A stretch of 64,000 nt of DNA from Gnetum montanum (GCA_015680685.1 MNCI01000751.1:1-64000), one strand, 5' to 3'; counted from the first letter of the stretch, positions 14,358-29,104 are shown. The notes: generated by a model not told the origin, from the sequence alone. Numbers and translations are program-made.

Positions 14358-15079
14358 CTTAAAAATATTTTTTTTACTTATATCTATGAAGATCTTCTCA
14401 AGATCTATCATACCATATAATTTTTAGAATATCTTTTATAGAATTTTTGTAGTTCATTAATTAATGTTTCCATTGAAATTGAACCTATAGTTTGGGCTTT
14501 ATATTCTTAAAGAAAGAACTCATTAAAGATATGATATAATTGATAATCTTGTTCCATTATTTTTCATAAGTTGTGAGTTTGAATTATTCTTGAGGCACCA
14601 TTATATTCTTCTTAAGTTTTGTCAAAGTATTTTGTGGATTATTATGTTCTACTTAAGTTGCAAGAAAGCATCATGTTGGATAGTAATGCTAAGTTATAAA
14701 GTTATAATTAGACTATATATCTGAAGGTATACCTATATTATAATATTTCAAAGTTCCAACATAGGTTCTACCAATGATAAGTAGCTAAAAGGTAGTTATC
14801 TCATTATCTTGTTAGGTAATAGGTTACTAGTTTAAGTCATACTTGAGATATCATTATATTTATCTATAATTCTTCTAAAGTATCATCACAAGTAGTTTTT
14901 GTTCTAGCATTTTCTAATGTTGATTTCAATAATTTCATCTTTGAAAAGAGGAACATATATTATAGATAAAATTCATTTTACAAAAATAGTTCAATCAACT
15001 TGTTAACTACTTATAAATCATAGGTTAAAATTGTAACTTACATCATACCAACTAAAATTTCAATGTATTATGCTAATAT

Positions 15080-16058
15080 ATAATATTAATCTTTAAGAAT
15101 AGATGAACATGAAGAAAGGATGCATGAAATACCAAGTTAATTTGCAATTACAATGATAAGTAGTTTTCTCAAACTCTTGCTATATGCTAATGATCTTGTA
15201 TTAATTTCAAATACAATTGAAGTATTATAATAATTGTTTAATACTTTTGATGACTTTTGTTAGCATTCATGAATAAAGGTTAATGTCTAGAAAATAAAAA
15301 TAATGATATATAAACATGTAATGAGATATACAATTTTACTATAAAAATAAACATGTAGACATAATTTCTTGTTACAAATATCTTAGCCTAGAATAGTTTC
15401 CAAGTACAAATGGGATTAGTGTATTAGTTCTAAGTGGTATGAGATTCAATTTTAGCTTAGGATATTTGAGAAAACTCTATCGTGTCATTGTTCAACCAAC
15501 TATTCTTTATGAGTTTGTTGTTTGAGGTTTTTCTTTAGCAAATAAATATTTAAAATGAATAGAAGAAATTTAGAAGATGTTTGTGCTAGATGAATTCAGA
15601 GTAAGTTGATAGATAAAATATGCTATTGTGGTTCTTGATTGCTTTAGAAGTTGCAACTATTTATCAATATGTCACCTACACTTTGAATAATTTTGAATTT
15701 TCAGTATATAATTACTCCAAAAAAGTGATAATGGAAATCCAATATAAAGGATGGTCCTATGAAAGAGTTCTATTGCTTAATAAATGAAATAGTTAGAAAT
15801 CCATTCTTTATTTTGATCCTAAGTAAGTTCCAAATTGGTGAAACAAGCAATATTTTAAAAATTTTGAGAAAATGTAGAAAGAAAAAATATTTCTATTAGA
15901 ATACTATTAAGAGAGGTCTTAATTCAATGATAAAATATTTATCTACTCATATTTCTCATCATTTATCATAATTAACAAAGCATAAATGAAATCTCATCAT
16001 TTGAGAGTTGAAATAGGTATATGGATTAAAATTCCTCAGGTAGAATGAATATGCCAAC
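15080..16058 (+). mobile_element. Ancient non-L1 LINE (CR1/L2/RTEX-like) RT and C-terminal remnant, left part
   Basis: LLYANDLVLISNT at ~15175 is the YADD region. SHHLRVEIGIWIKIPQVE*ICQ at ~15990-16058 continues after the LTR element as LCSKNSIEDEH. Confidence 0.65.
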
Positions 16059-19000
16059 TGATGAATTGTAGTTTGCTAGGCCCTGATATCGAGTACACGA
16101 TATCACAACTTGGATACAATATCGTATACACAATATTGTGATTCCTGTGTTAGCCTATAAATATAGCACTCAAGTGCACAACAAAAAGGGAGTGGAGAAG
16201 TCTTGAGTTAGTTTTTAATTTTCAGTTCTGATAGTCAGTTTTAGTGTTCTCTCCAAATGCATGCTTGTAGTGTGATGCTTGTAATTGTATTGAACTTTTG
16301 TTTGAGTGTGACATACTTGGACACACACACAATCGACAATAAAAATTGAGATTACTCCATCATTATAGCATTCACTTAGCTTTTAATTATTTTAATTGTT
16401 AATTATTTATTGTTATTTTCTTAGTTAATATTTTTTTATCATCATTTACTATTTTTGTTGTTAATGTAGAATGAGTACACCTTAATCACAAACATTAAGT
16501 GTAACTACATGACAACCCAGTAGCGTATCGAGTAATGCTTCGAGTGATGTGCGCTTGGTAATCCCAGAAGTAGTATACAAAGTCCAAGATGCATACGAAT
16601 GATTAGGGATGGATGCTATTCACACTTAGACTAGCTTAGATCTTATTTCCTATTGCCCATTAGCTTAATCAAGTTATCTCTTATTGTCCTTAGGAGTAGC
16701 ATAGTAGTAGGGATCACATCATACACCTCACTCTAGACTAAACCATACGTGACAAACCAAATACTAGTCCAAGTGGGAAGATAGTAAACTGCAATCAATG
16801 TATAACTGTCTAGGTGCCACAACTAGTCCATCTGTGGAGTTTAACCGAATCACGCGTACATGCTTGTATTCGTATGGTTGAGTGTAGGGGTACCTCGCTG
16901 CTCATCATTGGCGTCGTTGTCGGGGATGGTGCTAGTTATCTAGATTAGTTATATCATACAAGATCACTGTAACAAGGTATTAATTATATATCTTTCAAAC
17001 AAGGAAATTAAATTCAATTAAGTCACACATAATTCACAACAATGTCTCTTTCACAAGACAATGATAATGTAACTTCAAGCAAGATAATTCATTGGAGAAC
17101 CAATGAAATTTATGATGAAGAAGAAGTTTGGAGTACTCAATCTTATGCAGGAGTTTCATATGTTCATAGACGCCCCAAAAATACTCAAGGACTTTTGTTA
17201 TCCAACTCAAACACCTCTAGTGAAGATGGGACATCCCCTAGAATGAGGGGGCCCATAAGGCCTAGGACCTTCTCAATGGTTAGCAAGAGTACATTAGGGA
17301 TGATTAGGAGACTTACAAAAGTCATGACAAGTCTTCTAGCTCTCTCTCATCCTCTACTCTTTTAACATCAGGTTGTGACATGAATGACTATTCCTTAAGG
17401 GGTCAGCGTAGAAATGAGAATCAAACCCATGGGTAAAATCAGGAACGCCAACATGAACATAGACAACATTATCCCAACTCATGAACTCACAACCTATTTA
17501 GTGATGATGAACCCCTATTGGCCACTAAGAGCCTAATGCATATAATAGAGGCCATTCAGATATTCCACAGGCATCATAAGGAAATTCATCTACCTAGGCT
17601 TGATTTAAACAACTTTCCTAAGTTCTCAGGAGGTTATGATTCAGATCCGTAACATCATTTACAAGCTTTCTATGATGCTTGTGTATGGAACAACATTGAG
17701 AATGGGTGGAAAAGGCTTAAGCTCTTCCCTATGACACTTGTGGACCAAGAAAAAGTGTGGTACAGGTCTTTAAAACCAAATTCAATTCATCATTGGCCTA
17801 CCATGGTAAACCTCTTTAATGAAAGATATCAAACCTATGCAAGAGTGTCAACCTTGAGGAGATAGATCCAAGAGTGGCAACAAGGGCAACATGAACCCTT
17901 GTACATGGCCTTAGAAAGATATTACTCTTTGTTAAACAAATGCCTGGGCCATGGGTTCTCTAAGAAAAGGCTAATATGTCACATCATGGATGGGCTCCGT
18001 AATGAAATGAGGGAGACCCTAGGGATGTATGCACCAAGTCAACTATATGAACTATGTACCCACCAATTCCAAGAGCTAATTAAGCAGGTAACAAAAGAAG
18101 AAGGAGAAATAGCCAAATGGGAGAATGTTAAAAAATCTCAATAGGACCAAACTCTTGAAATAGCAAAGGTCCATAATCATGAAGAGGAGAAATCAACTAC
18201 CCTTGAGGAGGTAAAACCATCCCCATCTTTGCCAATACTAAAATCACTAGATAAAATCAAGGAAAAGATAAACAAGATGATAGAGTGGGTATATGAAAAA
18301 CATGAAGAATATGTAGACATTATTAGAGGGAGACCCATGCAAGATAACTTTGATGACCAAAACAAATAGAGGATGCCACACCTAGAAACAGGATAGAACA
18401 CCATTCGACAATCAAAAAGAAGGATTGAAGAAAATAAGAATAAGGGCTCAATGCAAATCATAGGTATCAATGTGATGTTTTCCTATACGATCACCCAAAA
18501 GGCCAATGCCCAATCTTGTCACACCTACATGAGCATTGGGGAAGAATATTACATCCAGAATTCATATAGAAGTATTGTGTTCAATTGCAGTGGCAAAACC
18601 CCTAGTCATGGGGGAGGCCATCGCCAAACTGGCCACACCCTTCATATCACCTAAAACCAAGTGCTTATTATGTTCAACACCCTATTTCTCTAACTAGATC
18701 AACATCCTATACTTCACCTTGTCATTATCACTCTCTTGAGTATCATCAACCCATGTCCTCTCCTACAAGATCAGCACCTCATGTTCCTTACTCTCAATAT
18801 TCTCATCCTTCACCTCATTCTACATCACCACTAGTTGTATCTAAAGGTTTTGCACCATAGCACTAACCAACGAACATTACTGTGCTACTACTATCAATAG
18901 TAGTGGGAGTCTTCCACAATGCTGAAAGCATCCTTTCTTTAGGTATGGCCGTAGAAACATATAGTACGGTTCTAAAGCCACTACATCCTCCAAATTAGCA

Positions 19001-22000
19001 CAAGCCCAACACCATGATGCACCTTCATCTTTAAACTCAACACCTCTTTTTACTTTATCTAGGCCACCAATTAATACTCCAACAGCCATGTGGCCCAATG
19101 AATATAACAATGTGAAGAGACATATTGTTCCTTGCATACCATCTTATGGTCATGGGTGCCATAGTGGGTCAGCTTCTTATCACATGACCACATCTTATAA
19201 TCTACCCTCACTATGCCTACTTTAATCAAGTGTGTGAACCCCAATTTGGATATGTCCCTACCACTACACCAAAAGATACCCAGTGGTTTGGATATGAGTA
19301 GACATATCCAACATGCATGGATCCTAACTTTTCATTTATTAATTCTTGCCATGATCAAAGGTTTAGTCATGGGAGATACCCCCCATTCTAACTAGTAGAA
19401 TTAGTAATTTTTTTTTTCTTTTCTTTGGTTTTACAATTTTTTGTTTTCTAATTTCTCATTTTTCAATTTTTTTTTTATCTTTCTATGGGTAATCTCATCT
19501 ATGAATAAAATACTCATGTAACCAATCAGTTGAGGTGTTGTTCTATGCTATCAAGTCACAAGTGACTAATTATTTGGACAGTAAGCCCACAACATCCACC
19601 CACCCATTCTATTAATAAGAAGTTCTTACTCTAGGTATGATGATATTCTTGATTATCATCAAAACTTACAGTAACTTTGTACTCATTATGTCGAGAGCAA
19701 AGAGTGACAAACTAAGAGGGAATGGCAAGGGTGTGACATCAAGGGGACTTGTAGATTCTCTTTAGCAACATTTGTATGTGCTATCATGTAGCTTGGTTGT
19801 ACTAAGATCCTTGTAGATCTAATGAACAATGGAAGTAAGAGTGGTAAAAAAGGCACTCAAGAAAGGAACACAATGTTGTTCTATGGGGTCCCACTAGAAA
19901 GACATGCACCCATGCCTAAAGGTTGGTGGCTTCTCTAGACCACTTTTGGAAAATACAAAGTGCAAAAGTGGCTAGTAGAAGAAAAAGAAAAGAAGAAGAA
20001 GGTAAGAAAGAAGACAAGTAGAAAAGAAAAGCTCAAGAAAAATGTGCCATAGACAAATTTGAATCACTTCTCCCTTGCACAAAACACTAAGCGATCGTAC
20101 ACCTTGCTATCATGATGCTCTTGTGGTTGTCTATCATTGAGATGAAATAATGTGATGTCACTAATCAGAGGTATGGACTTGGTTTTGATCTTGGAGCGAA
20201 AGGCTACTGGTACTTTAATCATGCTTAACACTTAGGATTCATTATGCCTAGGGTAAGTTACCTCACCTCCCAATCTCTGCAATCCCTTCTATAATTCGTC
20301 TCATCTCATGGTCCAAGTACTTCTAACTTATGTCTTGTGTGGCATAGAATTCATACCTCATAGTAGTGGTACTTAATATGTGTGTGTTTTTTTGCATAGG
20401 TGCAAGTTGCATTTAACGCTTCTAGTACCTACAGATATTTTAAGGTGTGGTTATGCAAGGGCATGATAGGTTGGAACCTACTTTAGGGAGGACCCACTTG
20501 TGTGACTTTTGTAATTTGTACTTGTTCCACACCACCACATCATTTTATATCCTCCAAGTTTTCCATTGTCAAATCCATTCTTTCCTTTGTCATCATTTTA
20601 ATCAAACATTCCTTAGAACCATTACATGTCCTTTTTCCTCATCCTTTTCAAAGAACTTCATTGTATGACTCCACTTCATTACACTTTTGGTTCCTTAATT
20701 CCCACTTGCCATTACCCCAGACTTTTTGAATCTGCCTCAAATCCTTCAATTTTGGCCATAAAACTCAAAAAATCATCAATTCTACTAAGTACCCTATCTT
20801 GGTTGGGACACGATATCGGGTACTCGATATCGAGGCTGACGCAATATCAGGTATGCGCTATCACGTATGCAATATTGCATCTATAAAAACTATATATATG
20901 GAGCCCCTGCACACTATAGATGTCATTTTCAACAGTTGATGTGGGGGAGTTGTTCAAATTTTCTTCCACAATTTTTAGTGATTTGCAAGTCTAAATTCAA
21001 TCTTCAATATTTTTCTCTTCGATGCTTTGATTTCTTTTCCGATTGAACCTACTTAAACCTAGAGTGTTTAACTTAGTCGTGGGGGAGAGGTATTGTAGAA
21101 CTTGTGCATAATTTTCTCAAAATTTGCTATCACCCGAAGGATACCATAGGGGTAAGTACTATTAAAAATCCTTGCCAAAATAATTTTTTTCCTTCACCCA
21201 AGTCATCTAAATTATTATATGAGTCACTTAAATAGATTAGGTTTGACATTAAACTTTTAGGGCAATTTCCTTGAAAAATTTCTAATTCTAGAATCACACT
21301 AAGCCAAGAATTAAACATTTATTAAAGGCAATGAGTAAGGTATGAGATAACTAAATTTCTTTAAATAACCTTATTAATAATTAATCTTTGTGTGATTACA
21401 GATGGTCCCTAAAAGAGGATAATAGGGAGGACCTTCTCAAGGTGTAACTAAACATCCAAGAGGAGGCAGAGGCCAAGAATCTTGAGTAGAACATGTAGAG
21501 CAGGAGGCTCACTCATTCAGCATTCATCAAGAAATCCCTATGATAGTGCAATCTAGCCATGTAGAAGGTGGCAAAGTTAGAGCCCTAAAATTAGGGCACC
21601 ATCTTACACTATCCCCTAAATGTCTCCAATCCATTCAGGAGAAGCCCACCTTTGCAGCTGTGATAGTGGAGCTCAATTTTTGGCCTTTCACTGAGTTTGC
21701 CCCTAAACCAGTGAAGACTCAACTGAAGGTATCTCCACTATGGCCCATCCTCTTAGAGAGTGATGATTGGTATTTTGGTAAAACATATCAATTCTAGCAT
21801 GGTAAGGAGGAATGTACCATTGCCAATGTAGGTGGTGTCTCCATTGATTTCTCTACAAAGGCCATTACACAGGTCTTAAATCTTCCAAATGAGGGACCAA
21901 AAGTTGCACATTTTTCCAGTCGCTCAAATGTAGATGCAAGGAAATTATGGTTGAAGTGGGCCTACAACAAGGAGAAAAAATTTTACGAAGAATTGACCCT

Positions 22001-25000
22001 AGAAGAGAGGATCTACTTTAAGATCAACACTTATTAGCTATTCCCCACCAAAGGTTTAAATAGATTATCTACTTATGCGACATGGGGCAATGTGATTTTG
22101 ATGGAAAAATTTAATGCAAATCTACCCCATTTATATCTGACAGAGATATTAAGGCGATTTGAAGAAAGAAAGATAAGGAAGCTTGCTTTGCCTTTCCATT
22201 GTCTTATCAAGAAGTTGTGCAAACGTGCTAGGATCTTGGGCTACACAAATGATGTTCCTAGAAAAGCCCAAAATGCTTCATATGCTAAACTGCTCAAACT
22301 ACCAGTGCCTAGAAAAGACGTTGCCGAGCGGTTAGAATAAGAGGAAGAGCAAATGGTTGGACCCACTGTGCCTCAAATGATAGGACCCAACCAACCACAA
22401 GTAGTAGGGCCCAGCATGTAGCCCACAAGCCAACAAGTCCAACAATCATCACCATTACAACAAGACTATTAGCCATCTATCAATCATCTCTGAATAATCA
22501 CTGAAATGGTCAGCTGGGAAAGCTGTGATGTCGAAAACTTATATAGGATCATTGATGATGTTGTAAAACCCACTATTTTGGCCAATCCTACAAGTGGACA
22601 TATTTAATTGATTTCAAAGGAGAGTCCCAGTGGTCTCAGCAGATCTCTAGGAATGCCACATCTTTCCAGGTCAGATTGGAAACTGGTGAAGGAGCCATGG
22701 TGGTGGTTATGTAGCACTAGGATGTGGCAGGCATAGCAGAGATGGTTGTAGATCACATCAAAGAATCATTTAATGTTCTTTTTGTGCCATTGATAGATTT
22801 CACAGAAGCACATGATGCTCAAGCTTTGACCCCTACGGAACATGAGGATGCTTTGGATTACTTACTGTAAACAAGACAAGTTATGACATCCTTGTTTGAC
22901 ATCCTTAAGATGTCACTGTAGCACAATAAAATTTCATTTCTTCCAAAGGAAAATTGGTCATGGCTGAAGTTAGGGCCAAGCATGTGGAAGGAGAGTTGTA
23001 AAGATTGCAAGAAAAGCTCGTCACCCTACAAGTTGAATGACAGGATCCTTCCCAATTTATCATAGCCGACCAATTAGACATTTTCAGAACCTAGCAATTA
23101 AATAACTTATTGGAAGAAAATAAAAGGTGTCAAGGGAAAAGGAATAGGCTGATTGGAATGCTTCAAAGGCACAAGCCCAGACATATGCACATGCTAAAGC
23201 TCTCAAGGCCTTACAAGAGAAAAATAAATTACTTGCTGCTGAAAATATTTAGTTGACAATAGTTGAGAAACAGAAGAACATTCTCAAAGAAAGTTTCCAA
23301 CAAATGCGAGAATAATTAGTTCAGGTCAACCAAGACATGAATTGCTTGGCCAAGGAGAATAGAACCCTCTCCATAAAGGAGGTCGACGCAATCTGACAAA
23401 AAATGGCCATAGAAATAAGTGCATGGAAAAATGAGGCCAAAAAGCATGAGAAGTTAAAAGAACACTTTTATGACTAGGTGGGAATGTACAAGGAAATCAT
23501 CGAAAAGGAGATCTGATTGGCTAAGGCCCACATTAATTCTTTTAGTGATCAACACACTAACTGGTAAGCCATACTAGATACTTATGCCTTTGTCCACCAA
23601 ACAGAATTGAAAAGTCAGGACCTACAGATTTAGTACGTAATAGAGTACATGGAGTTGGCAAATTTGTGGTGTGCCAACTTAGCCATGTTAATAGCAAGGC
23701 ATCCAAGAACTGAGCTCGAGAAGCAAGTAGCTACCACCTATGCTAAATATGAGACAAAGTTTGTAGAACATAAAAAGACATTATAAAAATTAGAAGTAGC
23801 AAACTCTGAATTAGTGATGGTAAAGGCTAGCAACCAGGGTTAAAAAGATGTAGTAGTAGATTTGGTTTGATGGCTTATAGATTACCAAGAACTCAAAGGC
23901 AAAACTAGAGCCTATGAAGAGGAATGACGACTATTTGTTGCATGGTATGTCAAGGCCAATCAAATGTTCCCATAGTTGTCGTTCCCATGGAAAGTGCCAA
24001 CTCCATTAAACATTGGAACATTAGCATGGATAGCTCATGATCCTCAGACAAAGGAGGAAAAAATTTAGGCACTTCTTCAAAGGTATCCATTTCAGAAGCC
24101 TAGAGCACAGGACAAAGGAAAGGTGCCCATGGAGAAGCCACCACCTTCAGGAACCACATGAGTTCCACAAGTTTTGTATTTTGTGTTGGTGTCCAGATTT
24201 TGTTTTGTCTAGTCCCACATTGCAACATGAAACAATCCATGATCATTTAATAATCCCATACCTATCCACTATTTTTAATAACTTGTTCCTCATTTTGTTT
24301 AACTCAAGGACAAGTTTTTCTTTAGTCATGGGGATATGATGAATTGTGGTTTGCCAGGCCTCAATATCGGGTAAGCGATATTGGGTATGCGATATCGCAG
24401 CCTAGATACGATATCGTATACACGATATTGTGATTCCTGTGTTAGCCTATAAATATAGCACTCAGGCGCACAATGAAGAGGGAGTCAAGGAGTCTTGATT
24501 TAGTTTTTAGTTTTCAATTCTTATAGTCAGTTTTAGTGTTCTCTCCAAGTGCATGCCCATAGTGCAATGCTTGTAACTGTACGAAACCTTTGTTTGAGTG
24601 TGTTGTACTTGGACATGTACACGATCGGCAATAAAGATCGAGATTACTTCATCATTGCAACATTCACTTAGCTTTTAATTTTTTTAATTGTTGATTATTT
24701 ATTACTATTTTCTTAATTAATATTTTTTTATCGTCATTTACTATTTCTGTTGTTAATGCAGAATGAGTATGCCTTAATTATGAACATTTAAGTGTAACTA
24801 CATGGTAACCCAGTAGTGTATCGAGTAGTGCTTCGAGTGATGTGCACTTAGTAATCCCAGAAGTAGTACATGAAGTCCAAGATGCATATAGATGATTAGG
24901 GATAGATGCTCATCGCACTTAGACTAGCTTAGATCTTATTTCTTATCGTCCATTAGCTTAATTAAGTTATCTCTTATTGTCCTTATTAGTAGCATAGTAG

Positions 25001-25199
25001 TAGGGATCACATCATACACCTCACTCTAGACTAAACCATACATGACAAAGCAAATACTAGTTCAAGTGGAAAGACACCAAACTACAATCAACGTATAACT
25101 GTCTAGGTGCCACAACTAGTCCATCCATGGAGTTCGACAAGATCGCGCGTACACGCTTGTATTCGTATGGTTGAGCATAGGGGTACTCGTCACTCATCA
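16059..25199 (+). mobile_element. Complete Athila-like LTR element with gag remnant and a decayed extra ORF, no pol
   Basis: LTRs at 16059-16907 and 24337-25199. TSD ccaac/tcaac. PBS tggcgtcgttgtcgggga at 16909-16926; PPT ggggata before 24337. gag remnant (PKFSG, LKLFPMTL..EKVWYRSL) at ~17580-18150. Confidence 0.92.
21402..24170 (+). pseudogene. Decayed extra (env-like / plant-transposon-protein-like) ORF of the Athila-like element, with a coiled-coil C-terminal half
   Basis: ATG at 21402 follows an acceptor-like ttacag. Reads MVPKRG..., VGGVSIDFSTKAITQVLNLP, LPFHCLIKKLCKRA, then long E/K/Q-rich stretches with many stops. Confidence 0.6.
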
Positions 25200-25300
25200 T
25201 CAACTATGTAGTAAAAATAGCATTGAAGATGAACACCAAAATTTCCTATGATATACTATATTTAAGCACATTAAAAATAGGTGGAATATTATAGTTACAA
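25200..25300 (+). mobile_element. Continuation of the ancient LINE C-terminus
   Basis: LCSKNSIEDEH joins ICQ at 16050-16058 across the TSD. Confidence 0.6.
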
Positions 25301-26399
25301 GTTTGGTTAATTAATTTTAATGTTACAAAGAATATCTGGTACTTTTCTTACTTATGATTTTAAAACTTGTAACATCTACATTTCTACTATGTAACAGATC
25401 TAGAGATCTACAAATGTAATAAAAGTTTAATTTTAATTTTAATATTTAAATTCATTAGATATTTATGTATTTTTAAATATAACTATGTATACTCTTAATT
25501 GATTGTAAATGAGAGATAATTTAGTTATTATCTTATTTTTATATTTCTATATAATTTTTCTAATATATTATGTTAGCTCTATGTCTTAAGATATATCTAT
25601 AGTCAAATTGCTTTAGATTTCAACACCTTTTAGTATTATATAGATAATTGGTAACTCTAACTAATCTAGAGTTTGAAATTCCAAGAGACTTTTGATTCCA
25701 TCAAACAAAGTATAACTAATCTTTATGTTCTTCATTCACCTTAATTCAACCAATCTTTAATTTTTGTCTCTGTAAAACTAAGCACTCATAAGAATGCTTT
25801 CTCAAAGACACGAAGATTGGAGTGTATCTTCTTATCTATTACATATTTCATCCTTTATCTAATTGTAAGACTCATTATACCAATACATAAAAGTCATGTC
25901 TTAATCTTGTCTTTGCTCTTTGGAATGTAGACACTACCTTTTAGGATCAAAAGTCTATAACATTTTTTGAGACAATATTCTTAAATCCATAGCTAATAAG
26001 CCTTATGATAATAATTACATGACTCATTAGAAAACTCTTCTAATATAGTTTGATCTCTCTTATCTTTCTTAGTAATCCATGAAAGGTCAACTCATAGCTA
26101 ATTTTCCATCATCAAATTCTTATTCTTACTCTTAATTATTTCTTGTTATTATCTCATTTTTAGATCCGCCATTTATCAATTTTGTCCAAGAATAAAATAT
26201 CTATAGCATCCTCGATCAACATGATGCTTATCTTTACTTTGATGGAGCCCATACAGCTTATGGGTCTAGCATAGCTTATATGCTCATGTGTTTACATGGA
26301 AGAGAAATTTATTGAACTTTTGTAAAGCCTGGCCCGTTTCTACACTTTGGGCGATTTCCTGGCCACCGACGATGACGACGACGTACCACGCTTCTCCAA

Positions 26400-27226
26400 A
26401 CGGGAGACTCCGTGGTCGGCGCAATGGAAAAATAGCTCCATCTGCTTCACCCGGCGGTACTGATCACGCCCGAAAACAAAGCAAAGCTTCCCTTCCGCAA
26501 GGAGTTGCAGGAGCTACGACGTGGGCGGCTTCTGCAAGGACGACTGGCATCTCGCCCAGAAACTGATGCTCCTCGGCTGCCTTGCCCCGGCTCTTCCAAC
26601 AAGCGGCAGCCCTCCCGGATGCTGTTTAGGCTGTCCCGGACAAGCGGAACCTCCGCTGCAAGAACTTCAGCTGCCTCGGCACTCCACTCCCGCCTACAGA
26701 AAGGCCTCTTTCAAGTGCTCCGGCTGCTTCGCTTCAACTCAACTTGACTGTGGGTGAGTCTCTCAAGTGGGTTCGGAATTCCTGGAATCACGCAGACTTT
26801 CTGATCTCCGACGTTCTGCGGAGGAAGCCCCGGGAGATGAGAATGGGGCTGGATTTCATCGTCGGCGTCGGCACTTTCGGTGCCCGGATGCGCGAGCACA
26901 ACGTGACGGTGCTCAATCTGGGCATGCCCTTCCCTTCAACAAAACAAGATGATTGTTTGCTCAATCAATCAATCTGGGTCCTGCACATGGGGCTGACCCA
27001 GCGGTTGCCGTTTTTTGACAACATGGACGCTCATGCAGAGCTGCTCCTGCTGATGGAGCAGCTCGTCCTCAGCGGATCCTTGTTTTGGCCCAGACGAGAC
27101 CAGCTGCAGCTGCAGGCTTTCGGTGCCGTCGTCGTCGTACGTTGCTTGCATCATCATCGCTTTTCTATTTTCGGCAGACGACAATGGAGCTTTTGCGTAG
27201 CTTTTCTTCCATTTGGTGCCATCTGA
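26400..27226 (+). pseudogene. SAM-dependent methyltransferase pseudogene (At1g29790/At3g05390-like family)
   Basis: Family motifs CKDDWHLAQKLMLLGC, ADFLISDVL..KP.EMRMGLDF..GVGTFGARMREHNVT, LNLG.PF and QRLPFFDN are spread over several frames, with internal deletions and no introns. Confidence 0.8.
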
Positions 27227-29104
27227 CACGTCAGTGACGACAAACTTCAAATAAATCAATCTTTACAAAATATGTGTTGCACACCATTTAGTAATGTTCA
27301 TATTTTGCACACCATCTAGTAATGTTTTTAACTCTATCTTTGGATTGTGCTTATGTTCCCAACAATTCCACTTTTAACACTTTAAAAAATAAGAGGAAGA
27401 ATTTTCTAATTTAATTAAAAATTTTTAAAATAATCAAAAGAATGTGGAGCAAAACCAAACTTTTGTTCTCAAGCAATAAAAGTATTATGTTGACATATAT
27501 AAATTTTAAGATCTAATTTCTCAACCATTTCAAAGTTTTCGAGTTCGACAAGAAAAAAAGATCCAGGAAAATAGCAAGTATGAAAAACATTAATTCCATA
27601 AAATTAAAGAATAGCCTAAATCACTGGTGTAAAATCCTTATTAAGATGAATAAATACAATAGTATGTAGAAATATGTGTCATGAAGTAATATCTTTTCAC
27701 GATGGTTCATATAAATCATGAGGTAAAACAAAATTGAAAGCTTCAAAATTTTTCATAGACTTGAAAGGTTCAGGATTCTTCAATCTCTATGGTCTAAGAG
27801 ACATTATTATTTCCCATTTTCAGCTCATTTCTCACCAAAAACTTCTACTGCAAAAACTTCTTTAAAAACCCTCTAGATTAACTCTACATGCTAATATTAA
27901 TGCTTGTGCCTATTATCAAAGGCAACTAGAAAAAAAAAGAAGGAAATCCATAACAATGGGTTATCATTCCTTTTTTAATAATAATTGGTAATATAATCTC
28001 TAGAATATGTATTATTAGAGGAGGGTGCTGGACCCTAAAAATAAATAATAATTAAAAAAATTTAAAGTACCTCTAAACATCATTTTAAAAGAGAGAATTT
28101 ACAAAAACTCAAAGGTTTTGGTAATGCTTTTTGAGCTTTTTGTCCTTGTATTCAATCCTAAAAAGCCTCTCTTCTATGGTAGGAAAAGGATTAGGCCTTG
28201 TGATTTTTTAAAAGAACTCTCACAGGTAGTAAAGAAAAAAAGAATACTCTCCTCAAAGATAAATGAATGCAATAACTAGAAATAAGAAACAAATTGTAAA
28301 AGAATGTGATAACTTTACCAACTTGAGCCCACCAAACAAAAAAGAATCAATACTATGAAAAATGAATTAATTCTTCAATCTTCACTAGATGCTTTCTTGA
28401 ACTTGTATATGAAAAGCATCATCTTTAAGAATGTGGTATATGTATGTATCACTATAAAACACTATTCATTGAAAGTAGAGGTTGTCATTTGGGGTGATGG
28501 CAATGTGCTTGTTTCTTACAGTGAAAGATATGGATTCTAGCCTAAGTGTAGCCACTATATGAGGTTATGCTTTTGCTCATCCATCAATCCTCTTAGGACC
28601 TTGCTTGGTAAGATGAGCATTAAGGCTTTAGGTGATGATCCTTTTTTTAATTCATTGATTGTGCCAATCTTAAAAGGCTCTTATGTGATATACTTGCGCG
28701 CTAGTTTATTTGGATAAACTAAAGCCTTCCTAATAATACCTAAGTTACATACTTTATATACTTAGATTAAGAACTAGGTATATAATCTCTAGAATATGCA
28801 TTATTAGAAAATATTATTCATTGGTGGGACCAATCTTAAAAGGCTCTTATGTGATTCAATGGAAAAAATAAAGTAATAAAAATTAATTTTATTAATAATC
28901 AAAAAACAAATAAAGGATAAATAATGAATACATTGGTTCAAGTGGTTAATAAAGAATTCTGCTTAAGAATAAATATCCATGGAAAGAACAAGTGAATATC
29001 AATACACCAATATGCATAAGCAATAAGAAGAGTAAAGCAAAACTAAGACAAAAGATGAAGAGATGTATTAATAAAGAACCCTTAGGTACACCCCAAAATA
29101 AGTG

